A stretch of DNA of 64,000 nt from Eubacteriales bacterium (GTDB lineage Bacteria; Bacillota; Clostridia; Oscillospirales; CAG-272): assembly GCA_045652135.1 (NCBI GenBank), contig JAZRTS010000055.1:7881-71880 (forward strand), written 5' to 3'. Shown here one piece after another: positions 30,090-38,962 of this stretch. The position numbers were made by a program, and so were the translations under genes. Below the pieces are notes generated by a model. That model saw nothing but the letters and a program-made list of their open reading frames with translations. It ran no database searches and was not told the origin of the DNA. How positions within the stretch are numbered: the first letter of the stretch is position 1; the number at the start of each line of letters is the position of its first letter.

Positions 30090-31088
30090 ATGTGTAAGGT
30101 TTCCGTTATAGTACCGATCTACAATGTAGAAAAATACTTATCCGAATGTATCGACAGTATAATTGCACAGACACATAAAGACCTTGAAATAATACTTGTT
30201 GACGACGGAAGTACCGACAATTCACCTCGTATATGTGACGAATACGCAAAAAAAGACAGCAGAATTATTGTTATACATAAACAAAACGGCGGCGCCGCTT
30301 CTGCAAGAAATTCGGCACTGGATATTATGACAGGTGAATATTGTTGCTTTGTTGATAGCGATGATCTTATAAATATTCACTTTGTGGAGTGTTTGCTCGA
30401 TGCTTGTTTGAATAGCGACAGTGAAATATCGTATTGCGGATATTCAACTTTTCATAAGTCGGAGAATGTGAATATTGATTCAATACCCGACGGCGAAAAA
30501 AATGTTGTTGTTTTTGAAAATACGGCCGGGCTTGAAAACTATTTTTCCGGATGGATATATCCGATGATGTGTAACAAGCTGTGTAAAAAAACTTGCTTTG
30601 AAAAAGTACGTTTTCTGCCTATAAAAGTGGCGGAAGATATGTCTGTGACATTTGAACTGCTCTTTTCAAATTATAAAATTTGCGGATTAAAGGGTTATCC
30701 GTTATATTATTATCGCAATACACCGAATAGTGTTATGAAAAGTAACGTAGATCACTCTGCAGTAGATGAACTTACCGTGAGAAGTGATATATATTTACGT
30801 CTTTGTGAATATCCCAATTTGAATATAATGAAGAAAAAATTTTCCGATAATACGAGAAATGTTTTTATAGATACGGTCATAAGGATCAGATTTTCCGACA
30901 AAAGCATCAAACCGCTTATTAAAGAAATAAAAAAGTGCAGGGACAAGCTTTACCAAGAAATGTTTTTACCTGAGGCTGAAAAATTCTCTGAAAAATTTGA
31001 TTGTTTTATAATGAAATTATCTTTGCGAATGTACAGAATATACAAGCTTGTTCAGGCAAAAGTTTTTAAAATACAAATATACAAATAA
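30090..31088 (+). CDS. family 2 glycosyltransferase
   Basis: 'VIVPIYNVEKYL', 'LVDDGS' and 'DSDD' motifs. Starts 1 nt after the mazG stop. Confidence 0.9.
   Translation: MCKVSVIVPIYNVEKYLSECIDSIIAQTHKDLEIILVDDGSTDNSPRICDEYAKKDSRIIVIHKQNGGAASARNSALDIMTGEYCCFVDSDDLINIHFVECLLDACLNSDSEISYCGYSTFHKSENVNIDSIPDGEKNVVVFENTAGLENYFSGWIYPMMCNKLCKKTCFEKVRFLPIKVAEDMSVTFELLFSNYKICGLKGYPLYYYRNTPNSVMKSNVDHSAVDELTVRSDIYLRLCEYPNLNIMKKKFSDNTRNVFIDTVIRIRFSDKSIKPLIKEIKKCRDKLYQEMFLPEAEKFSEKFDCFIMKLSLRMYRIYKLVQAKVFKIQIYK
30105..30293 (+). repeat. copy A of a 189-nt conserved segment shared by the tandem GT2 paralogs
   Basis: Aligns without gaps to 31127-31315, with roughly 85-90% identity by eye. Confidence 0.8.
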
Positions 31089-31114
31089 TTTTTTAGTGTG
31101 AAAGGAAGCACGCT

Positions 31115-32110
31115 ATGAAGGTAACGGTTATAGTACCGATCTACAACGTAGAGAAATATTTATCTGATTGTATCGACAGTATAATTGCGCAGACACATAA
31201 AGACCTTGAAATAATACTCGTTGACGACGGAAGTCCTGATAACTGTCCTGCGATATGTGACGAATATGCAAAAAAAGACGACAGAATAAAGGTTATACAT
31301 AAACAAAACGGCGGCCTTGGTTCAGCAAGAAACGCAGGGATTGATATCATGACGGGTGATTATGTCACATTTATCGACAGTGATGATCTTATCAATGTCC
31401 GTTTCGTTGAGATATTGCTCGGTCTTTGTCTTGAAGATGAAAGTGATATGGCATATTGCAGTTATGTGAGATTTCCTACGGAAGAGGTTCCGGATATTGC
31501 ATCGGATGTGATATTTGAAGATCGCACTTTTTATGAAGGCTATGATGCCGTAAACAATTTTTTCAAGGGGTGGATAAGACCTAATGCGTGCAACAAGCTT
31601 TTCAAAAAGCATTTGTTTAGCACTATACGATTTCCGATAGTTTCGCGTACTGAAGATCTCCATGCCATTTTCGAAGTTCTTATACAGCACAGCGATATAA
31701 GGGTTTCGGGATATAAAAAGATGCCGCTATACTATTATAGATTGACTCCGGGAAGTCTTCTCGGAAAGATAAAACTGTCGAGTATTGACGATCTTAAGGT
31801 AAGATGGGAGATTTTCAATAAACTTAAAGATATCCCCGACGGTGATGAAATGCGTAAAAGCTTTGCTGTTCAAACAAAATATTTTACTCTTGACTTTGTG
31901 CTCAGCTGTAAATCGTCGGTCGACGCTGTTGAATTCAAGCGCCTTCTGAAGATATGGTCAAAAAAACTGGTCAAGGATATGTTTCTGTATGCAGAGAAAA
32001 ATCCTTTCAAAAAGCTTGAATATTGCATAATGTATATTTCACTCGATGCATGGAAATATATGCGTCTTTTGGGGTGGAAATTATTTAAAATACCGCTTTA
32101 CAGAGGATAA
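31115..32110 (+). CDS. family 2 glycosyltransferase (tandem paralog)
   Basis: Same N-terminal GT-A motifs as the preceding gene, with a divergent C-terminal half. Confidence 0.9.
   Translation: MKVTVIVPIYNVEKYLSDCIDSIIAQTHKDLEIILVDDGSPDNCPAICDEYAKKDDRIKVIHKQNGGLGSARNAGIDIMTGDYVTFIDSDDLINVRFVEILLGLCLEDESDMAYCSYVRFPTEEVPDIASDVIFEDRTFYEGYDAVNNFFKGWIRPNACNKLFKKHLFSTIRFPIVSRTEDLHAIFEVLIQHSDIRVSGYKKMPLYYYRLTPGSLLGKIKLSSIDDLKVRWEIFNKLKDIPDGDEMRKSFAVQTKYFTLDFVLSCKSSVDAVEFKRLLKIWSKKLVKDMFLYAEKNPFKKLEYCIMYISLDAWKYMRLLGWKLFKIPLYRG
31127..31315 (+). repeat. copy B of the 189-nt conserved GT2 segment
   Basis: See 30105-30293. Confidence 0.8.
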
Positions 32111-32113
32111 GAT

Positions 32114-33097
32114 ATGATTTTGAAAATCAAGCATTTGATACAAAGATTCGGGAAAGAAATAAAGGTGTTTTTTCCGGATGTCAAAGAATTTGGTTCTAAA
32201 ATTGCATTTCACCGTGCTGTCGATTTTTTGTTTCCAAGACCTAAAACAAAAGCATATATAAATGCTTTGTCGGATTATATGCAGAAAGAATTGACGCCGC
32301 TTACAGAAAAATATAAGAATGGATATATTCCGGTAAGTCCCGAAAAAATATACGATATGAAAGGAAAGATACCAATATTCGTATGTTGGTGGCAAGGGGA
32401 AGAAAAAATGCCACCGCTTGTTTCCGCTTGCGTTGGAAGAATGAAGGGAAAGATACCCGACATCGCACGGCTTCATATAATCACAGCGGAAAATTACGGC
32501 GAGTACGTCACGATACCGGAGTATATTCTGGATAAATTCAAGGACGGTAAAATAACGCTCGTGCATTTTACGGATATACTGCGTTATGCTTTAACGTTCA
32601 CATACGGCGGTATGTGGGTTGACAGCACGGTATATCTGTCGGATGATTTTGAATTTGACTTTCTTAACAAAAGCTATTATACACAGCGTTTTTCATCCCC
32701 CGATGCCTGTCCACACGAAGCATGTATGGGCAAATGGTGTAACTTCTTCTTTTGCGGAAAGAATGACAATGTCCTTTTCGGATACGTCTACGAAGCGCTC
32801 CTTTTGTGGTGGGAAAAGCATGATAAGCTTTTAGAGTATATAATAGTGGACTATATAATACGCTCGGGCTATTTCGGTGTTTCTGAAATACAAAAGCTCA
32901 TCGACGGGGTTGAACCCAACAATGAAAAAATGTGGATGCTTTCAAAAAAACTTAACGATGAGTATAATGAAAAAGAATTTAATGATATTTTAAATGTGTC
33001 AGGTTTTTTCAAGCTTTCGTTTAAAGCCGACTGGAAGACCGAAGTGAACGGTAAAAAGACTGTTTACGCGCATATTATAGGTGAAAAAAATGTGTAA
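32114..33097 (+). CDS. capsular polysaccharide synthesis (Caps_synth/GT32-like) protein
   Basis: 'IPIFVCWWQGEEKMPPLV' and 'FTDILRYALTFTYGGMWVDST' motifs. Confidence 0.8.
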   Translation: MILKIKHLIQRFGKEIKVFFPDVKEFGSKIAFHRAVDFLFPRPKTKAYINALSDYMQKELTPLTEKYKNGYIPVSPEKIYDMKGKIPIFVCWWQGEEKMPPLVSACVGRMKGKIPDIARLHIITAENYGEYVTIPEYILDKFKDGKITLVHFTDILRYALTFTYGGMWVDSTVYLSDDFEFDFLNKSYYTQRFSSPDACPHEACMGKWCNFFFCGKNDNVLFGYVYEALLLWWEKHDKLLEYIIVDYIIRSGYFGVSEIQKLIDGVEPNNEKMWMLSKKLNDEYNEKEFNDILNVSGFFKLSFKADWKTEVNGKKTVYAHIIGEKNV

Positions 33098-34079
33098 GAT
33101 AAGTGTACTTATGCCTGTATACAATGCCGAAAAATACCTTAAGGGTGCTATCGACAGTATACTTTCGCAAACGTATTCTGACTTTGAATTTGTAATTGTT
33201 GACGACTGCTCGCGTGATTCGTCTGTACCAATAATCAAAAGCTACAATGACAGTCGTATCGTCTTTTTGGAAAATGAACAGAATTCCGGTGTTGCCGTAA
33301 CTCTTAACCGCGGACTTGCTGTTTGTCGGGGAGAGTATGTCGCGCGAATGGATTCAGATGATATTTCACGTCCCGAACGTTTTGCAAAACAGATTGCATT
33401 TTTGGAAGCACATCCCGACGTTGCTGTAGTTACGTGCGGTGTCAGAACGTTTTGCGGTGATAAAACCATATCCGAGTGCGGTTGGTCAAATGTTGAACCT
33501 GAAAGAATAAAAAAAGATCTGTTTTTCTCCTGTGCGCTTGCACATCCGACGGTTATGATGCGCAGGGATGTGATAAACAGCCTTGGCGGATATGCTCCCG
33601 AATATAACGGACTTGAAGACTATGAGCTGTGGTGTCGCGTTATAGAAAACCATAAAATAGCATCTGTCGGAGAAGTCTTGTTTGAATACCGTGTGCACGA
33701 AGGACAAGTGTCAAAAAAACCTTCTGAAAGTGTTAAAAAAGCTCAAAAGGAGCTGAAAAAAAGACAGCTTGAACAAATAGGTGCTGTACTTTCTGAAAAG
33801 GAACTAAACGCATTTTTGAGCTTTATTACCGGTGATTTTGCATGCACAGATGAAGAAATCGATTGTTTGCACGAGGCTTTCTGCAAAATATCGGAGGCAA
33901 ACCGTAAAATGTCGTTTTACGATCCTGATCTTCTGGATGCAGATCTGAGATCTGTTATGATCTGCAAAGCAAACAAAAAGCAGAGAAAAGAAATATTTAA
34001 AAACTCACCGCTTTTGTCTTCTTCGTACATCAGAAAATATGAGATAAAACAAGTGGTAAAGAAAATTTTGAAACGGTAA
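33081..34079 (+). CDS. family 2 glycosyltransferase
   Basis: 'VLMPVYNAEKYL', 'VDDCS' and 'RMDSDD' motifs. Overlaps the upstream gene by 17 nt. Confidence 0.9.
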   Translation: MKKMCKISVLMPVYNAEKYLKGAIDSILSQTYSDFEFVIVDDCSRDSSVPIIKSYNDSRIVFLENEQNSGVAVTLNRGLAVCRGEYVARMDSDDISRPERFAKQIAFLEAHPDVAVVTCGVRTFCGDKTISECGWSNVEPERIKKDLFFSCALAHPTVMMRRDVINSLGGYAPEYNGLEDYELWCRVIENHKIASVGEVLFEYRVHEGQVSKKPSESVKKAQKELKKRQLEQIGAVLSEKELNAFLSFITGDFACTDEEIDCLHEAFCKISEANRKMSFYDPDLLDADLRSVMICKANKKQRKEIFKNSPLLSSSYIRKYEIKQVVKKILKR

Positions 34080-34092
34080 TCGGAGCTTACAA

Positions 34093-34866
34093 ATGATTGA
34101 AAAGAAGATACATTATTGTTGGTTTGGCAAAGGCGAAATGAAGCCTCTGATGAAGAAGTGTCTGAAAAGTTGGAAAAAGTACTGTCCCGATTATGAAATA
34201 ATCGAATGGAACGAGGATAACTTTGACGTGAATTCCACTCTCTGGACCAAACAGGCGTACGAAGCAAAAAAATATGCGTTTGTATCTGACTATGTCCGTC
34301 TCAAGGTGCTTTATGAACACGGTGGTGTTTATATGGATACCGACGTTGAGGTGGTTAAGCCTATAGATGAATTTTTAGTGCATGATGTTTTTTGCGGTTT
34401 TGAATCTGATCAAACTATAAATACGGGAATTATTGGTGCAGTTAAAGAAAACAGTACTGTAAAGCGTTGGTTACAGCATTATGATGATTTGCCGTATATT
34501 GTTGACGGCAAGCCGTGTATGGAACCGAATGTTATTTTTATCAAAGATGATTTGGAGCAGCACGGACTTGTTTTGGATGATTCAAAACAGAATATAGACG
34601 GCGTTGAGGTTTATCCGCGGACGTATTTTTGTCCGTTGTCAGCTGTGAGTATAGAGCAGAAAATAACTGAAAATACTTACACACTTCATCATTTTACATC
34701 TACGTGGAGAACCGAAAAAGCACTTAAAGACTTTGCAAGAGTGAAAAGGCATCAGACAAAGTGGTACAGGACACTTGAAAAATTGAGATATTTACCTAAT
34801 AAAACTGTAAGAAAAATATTCGGTGACGAAAGAATAGATAGTTTTAAAAATAAACTTAAAAAATAA
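34093..34866 (+). CDS. GT32-type glycosyltransferase (DXD sugar-binding region)
   Basis: 'IHYCWFG', 'SDYVRLKVLYEHGGVYMDTDVE'. Confidence 0.85.
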   Translation: MIEKKIHYCWFGKGEMKPLMKKCLKSWKKYCPDYEIIEWNEDNFDVNSTLWTKQAYEAKKYAFVSDYVRLKVLYEHGGVYMDTDVEVVKPIDEFLVHDVFCGFESDQTINTGIIGAVKENSTVKRWLQHYDDLPYIVDGKPCMEPNVIFIKDDLEQHGLVLDDSKQNIDGVEVYPRTYFCPLSAVSIEQKITENTYTLHHFTSTWRTEKALKDFARVKRHQTKWYRTLEKLRYLPNKTVRKIFGDERIDSFKNKLKK

Positions 34867-34896
34867 AAAAATACGGAACGGGTAACCGTTCCGTAT
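34863..34896. terminator. bidirectional terminator between convergent genes
   Basis: 11-bp stem ATACGGAACGG/CCGTTCCGTAT with a 4-nt loop, an A-run on one side and T-rich DNA on the other. Confidence 0.75.
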
Positions 34897-34899
34897 AAA

Positions 34900-35766
34900 T
34901 TATATTTTCTCAATGAGATCTGCGGCTTGTTCCATATAGTCGCCTTCAAAAAGCTCAATGGTGCCAAGGTCGCAAAGCTTTGCAAGCGAGGGATCTATCG
35001 GTATTTTTGCAAGTGTGGGAACGCCGAGGGCTTCAGCTTCCTTATCCACGCGGCTCTCACCGTATATTTCGATGCGCTTTCCGCAGTCGGGGCAGTTGAG
35101 ATAACTGAAGTTTTCAACAAGTCCTATTATCGGAATATTCATCATTTTAGCCATTGTGGCAGCCTTGCCGACGATGACGGAAACAAGCTCCTGCGGGGAA
35201 GTTACAATTACAATACCGTCAACGGGGAGCGACTGGAATACCGTCAACGGTACGTCGCCGGTGCCCGGAGGCATATCGACAAACATGAAGTCTACCTCGC
35301 CCCAGAGAACGTCTGACCAGAACTGTTTTACGGTTCCTGCAATTACGGGACCTCTCCATATAACGGGTGTTCTTTCGTCTTCAAGTAAAAGGTTTACGGA
35401 CATTACTTCCGTTCCCATTTTTGTTACGAACGGAAATATACTTTCTCCGTCGCCCTCGCAGATGCCGTGAAGACCAAACGCCTTCGGTATTGACGGGCCT
35501 GTAATGTCAGCATCAAGTATCGCTGTGCGGAAGCCTCTGCGCTGCATAACAGTTGCAAGCATAGAGGTCACAAGTGATTTTCCGACACCGCCCTTACCGC
35601 TGACGATGCCGATTACTTTTTTTACATGAGAGTGCTTGTTCTGCGGTTCAAACTGAGGCTTTGCCTTGGATGAACAGTTCGCAGAGCAAGACGAACAGTC
35701 ATGCGTGCATTCTTCATTTGACATAATTATCACGCTTTCTAAATTTAATGTTTCATTAAATGACAT
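34900..35766 (-). CDS. Mrp/NBP35 (ApbC) family Fe-S cluster carrier ATPase
   Basis: 'GKGGVGKS', N-terminal Cys-rich 'CTHDCSSCSANC', 'CPDCG'. Start could instead be ATG 35724. Confidence 0.88.
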   Translation of the reverse strand: MSFNETLNLESVIIMSNEECTHDCSSCSANCSSKAKPQFEPQNKHSHVKKVIGIVSGKGGVGKSLVTSMLATVMQRRGFRTAILDADITGPSIPKAFGLHGICEGDGESIFPFVTKMGTEVMSVNLLLEDERTPVIWRGPVIAGTVKQFWSDVLWGEVDFMFVDMPPGTGDVPLTVFQSLPVDGIVIVTSPQELVSVIVGKAATMAKMMNIPIIGLVENFSYLNCPDCGKRIEIYGESRVDKEAEALGVPTLAKIPIDPSLAKLCDLGTIELFEGDYMEQAADLIEKI

Positions 35767-35833
35767 TATATACCCTAATTTCGTTTTAACGGTTAAGTTA
35801 TTATATATAAATTTTAAATTTATAGGTTATCAT

Positions 35834-36796
35834 ATGAAATTAACGCAAAAAGATAAAAATCCATTTGTATATTCCGATTCGAATAAAAGATATCATACTT
35901 ATGATTACTACATAAAACATAAATTCGGGAAAAAGTGCGCCAAAATTCCGCTTGACTGCGGATTTACTTGCCCGAATATAGACGGCACGGCAGGATACGG
36001 CGGTTGTATATATTGCTCCGACAGGGGATCGGGCGATTTTGCGGCTGAGCCGAGTTTGACCGTTAAAGAACAGCTTGACAAAATGCGCACCGTTATGGAA
36101 CATAAATGGAAAAACTGCGGTATCATACCGTATTTTCAAGCGCATACGAATACGCACGCGCCGCTTTACGTCTTGAAAGAAAAGTATGAAGAAGCTCTTT
36201 GTTATCCGGATGTTGTTGGTGTTAATATTGCAACACGTGCTGATGCGCTTCCCGATGATGTGTGTGAATATCTCGGTGAAATAGCAGAGCGAACGGTACT
36301 GACCGTTGAGCTTGGACTTCAGACGGTACACGACAGTACGGCAAAGCTCATAAACCGATGCCACACAACAGAGGATTTTTTAAAAGGGTATCAGAAGCTG
36401 CGAAAAACAAGCGACAAAATAAATATATGCGTTCATCTGATAAACGGTTTGCCGTATGAAACGTATGATATGATGATACAAACCGCTGAATACGTTGCAA
36501 GTCTTGCGCCCGAATTTGTAAAAATACATTCACTTCACGTTTTGCGTGGCACGCCGCTTGAGAAAATGTATGCGGACGGTAAATTTGCTGTGCTTTCTCA
36601 GGATGAGTATGTCGGTATCACCGTATCACAAATAGAGCGTTTGCCCGAAAAAACCGTCGTGGCGAGAGTTACGGGTGACGGAGCTAAAAATGCACTTGTA
36701 GTACCTCTTTGGAGTATTAAGAAAACGTGCGTGATAAATGAAATTGACAAGGAGCTTTACAAAAGAGATACGTATCAGGGGAAGCTTTTAAAGTAA
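35834..36796 (+). CDS. TIGR01212-family radical SAM protein
   Basis: 'CPNIDGTAGYGGCIYC' cluster motif. ATG 35834 chosen because the longer ORF start at 35666 overlaps the divergent Mrp gene. Confidence 0.85.
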   Translation: MKLTQKDKNPFVYSDSNKRYHTYDYYIKHKFGKKCAKIPLDCGFTCPNIDGTAGYGGCIYCSDRGSGDFAAEPSLTVKEQLDKMRTVMEHKWKNCGIIPYFQAHTNTHAPLYVLKEKYEEALCYPDVVGVNIATRADALPDDVCEYLGEIAERTVLTVELGLQTVHDSTAKLINRCHTTEDFLKGYQKLRKTSDKINICVHLINGLPYETYDMMIQTAEYVASLAPEFVKIHSLHVLRGTPLEKMYADGKFAVLSQDEYVGITVSQIERLPEKTVVARVTGDGAKNALVVPLWSIKKTCVINEIDKELYKRDTYQGKLLK

Positions 36797-36801
36797 AATA
36801 C

Positions 36802-36827
36802 AAAAAAGCCTCAATGAGGCTTTTTTT
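36802..36827 (+). terminator. rho-independent terminator
   Basis: AAAAAAGCCTC-aat-GAGGCTTTTTTT, 6 nt after the stop codon. Confidence 0.7.
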
Positions 36828-37096
36828 GTGCCATAAAATAAATTGTATTTTGAATATCAAAAAAGACACCTTATGTTTTTGCAGGAAAATAATGGCAAAA
36901 TATGTGAATGAATTATGAAACGTGATACGAAATTTAAATTCAGCTATTGACTGTATATTTTGAATATGTTAACACTATAAATTTATACATTCACAAAATA
37001 TATTTTGTTTATAAATACGATATGGAATTTAATTTTTTAAATAACTATAATTACCATAAAAGATAAAAAAATACAATTAAACCAAATGGAGTAAAT

Positions 37097-37384
37097 ATGA
37101 GAACTGAAGATTTCGAATGTAAAACGCATATTTGTCAGAAAACGGAGGAGGTGTGCATTTCATACTCTTTGTTAAGCTCCTTTGATAATAGCGAAAATGT
37201 TTTTTCGATTTCCGTTGCGCTTTATGAAAACGGTAAGATTGCGGACGAACGATTCGTGTTTGATATTTCACGCAGTAAAGAAGAAGCCGAAAAAATATTC
37301 AAGCTGATATATGAAAATTACGTTACGCCGTATTCACTCGACGAATGTCTCGACGCGGTTTACGATATTTTATCGGAGAGCTGA
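37097..37384 (+). CDS. small hypothetical protein (95 aa)
   Basis: ATG preceded by 'TGGAG'. Acidic and non-membrane. Sits in an AT-rich accessory-looking patch. Family not confidently recognised. Confidence 0.55.
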   Translation: MRTEDFECKTHICQKTEEVCISYSLLSSFDNSENVFSISVALYENGKIADERFVFDISRSKEEAEKIFKLIYENYVTPYSLDECLDAVYDILSES

Positions 37385-37409
37385 AATTGTAACAGGTCAG
37401 AATGTTAAT

Positions 37410-37445
37410 AAAAAAATCACCGACAGCATTTAGTCTGTCGGTGAT
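37410..37445 (-). terminator. terminator for the minus-strand anchored-protein gene
   Basis: 11-bp stem ATCACCGACAG/CTGTCGGTGAT followed on the minus strand by TTTTTTT. Confidence 0.7.
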
Positions 37446-37480
37446 TGAACGTGTGGAAACACGTTGAGAGAGGCATTATT

Positions 37481-37936
37481 TTATTTATACTTTTTGAAGA
37501 AGATAAATGCGCCTGCGCCGCCTGCAAGTGCAATAGTACCTGCTGCTGCCGCTACGATAATACCCGTCGGGGTGCCTTCGGTGCCCGAAGTGTCGTCGCT
37601 TGTGCTGACGGATGCGTTTTCATCTGATGTATCTTTTTTCGATTCGGCAGAAGGTGAGGAATCGTCTTTCGCTGTGTCCTGCATTTCCTCTGTGTCTTCA
37701 ACGGGAATGTTTGTATCAGGTGACGTTATTTCGGGGGCGGCGCTTATCTCGGTATCTGTTGTGAGATCTTCCGTATCAACGGGAGCAGTGCGTTATCCGC
37801 TATTGTACCTTTTACAGCAAGTATCTGATATTTCGGGGTTATCAGGAAAAGGGTCAAGAATACCATCAGCCGATACCATAATTGACAATAACATGGTAAT
37901 GCAGATAATGATTGGTAATAATTTTTTGAAATGCAT
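37481..37936 (-). pseudogene. signal-peptide plus C-terminal-anchor acidic protein interrupted by one in-frame TAA (codon 48)
   Basis: AGGAAGG RBS, then 'MHFKKLLPIIICITMLLSIMVSADG...NSG', then TAA at 37793-37795. The same frame continues with no further stop through an acidic S/T/D/E-rich stretch to 'GIIVAAAAGTIALAGGAGAFIFFKKYK'. Confidence 0.55.
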
Positions 37937-38054
37937 AAATCCTTCCTGATATTACATTTATGGTGTTTAACCGTCATATTTTATCACCAATATACATATA
38001 TACATTGCAAATACATTATGAGTGAATTGAGTGATGATTGCCCTTTGCTATTTG

Positions 38055-38102
38055 AAAGAAAACACCGTACAGGCAGTTCGAAAAGCGAAGTGCCTGTACG
38101 GT
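38055..38102 (-). terminator. terminator after psd
   Basis: 12-bp stem ACCGTACAGGCA/TGCCTGTACGGT followed on the minus strand by GTTTTCTTT. Confidence 0.7.
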
Positions 38103-38118
38103 ATTATGCAATTTTTAT

Positions 38119-38949
38119 TTACAGTGTATTTAGCCGCTGGCCCATAAGTACGGGTGTTTCAATGCCTTCTTGTGTGGCATCAAACAGCTCTTTATTTATA
38201 TTTGTGCCTTTTGGAAGCAAGAGTATGACTGTGCTTCCGCCGTACAAAAACATTCCTTTTTCTTCACCTTTTTTTACGGTGCTTTCATCGGTGCGGTGAT
38301 TATGTATTTTGCCGACGAGCAGGGCGCCGACCTCCATTTGAACAATATCTCCGAATTTGTCTGTTTTAATTACGGTATACTCTCTGCTGTTTTCGGTAAA
38401 TACAGGTAACGCTTCAAGTGCTATCGGTCTTACCGTGTGAAGCTTTCCTTTAATAAAAACGTTTTTTTCTTTAATTCCGTCTGCAGGATAGCAATATCTG
38501 TGGTAATGATGTACGCAAAGCCTGAAGACAAGGCATATCCCGTCTTTGTATTTATCGGCAAGTGCATCATTATTGAGCAAAGAGGGAATTGTATACAGAC
38601 TCTGCTTCACGGGCAAAACCGTATCACCGTTTATTTTATACGCACTCAAAAGCCCGTCACACGGTGAAGTGAGCGCAGAGCTGTCAGTATCTACCACACG
38701 GCGTCCGTCCTTTATCTTACGGCAAAAGCAGTCGTTGAAGCACTTGAAATTATCTGCCTCGTAATCTGAAAGGTCTATATTATTCTTTTTTACAAACGTG
38801 GATATAAGGGGCTTTGAAAGACGGCAATCAAGAAATTTGCCGCATATCTTTGAAACGAAAGGGGATGAAAGCGGTTTTAAAATTAATCTGCCCGGGGCAG
38901 TTTTATAAAGAAAATTAAGCGTTCTTCCGTCACTGTTTTTTACTGCCAT
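38119..38949 (-). CDS. psd: phosphatidylserine decarboxylase proenzyme
   Basis: 276 aa with the self-cleavage motif 'LYGGSTV' near the C-terminus. Confidence 0.92.
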   Translation of the reverse strand: MAVKNSDGRTLNFLYKTAPGRLILKPLSSPFVSKICGKFLDCRLSKPLISTFVKKNNIDLSDYEADNFKCFNDCFCRKIKDGRRVVDTDSSALTSPCDGLLSAYKINGDTVLPVKQSLYTIPSLLNNDALADKYKDGICLVFRLCVHHYHRYCYPADGIKEKNVFIKGKLHTVRPIALEALPVFTENSREYTVIKTDKFGDIVQMEVGALLVGKIHNHRTDESTVKKGEEKGMFLYGGSTVILLLPKGTNINKELFDATQEGIETPVLMGQRLNTL

Positions 38950-38962
38950 ATAATACTCCGAA

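Noticed and set aside
35666-35833. Long N-terminal extension of the TIGR01212 radical SAM ORF.
   Set aside because: The extension overlaps the divergent Mrp gene and its upstream region. The conserved protein begins at ATG 35834 ('MKLTQKDKNPF...').
37464-37949. Uninterrupted 161-aa plus-strand ORF opposite the interrupted anchored-protein gene.
   Set aside because: The minus strand carries the RBS, signal peptide, TM anchor and terminator. The plus-strand translation is featureless Ser/Val/Ala low complexity, consistent with the mirror of an acidic S/T-rich coding region.
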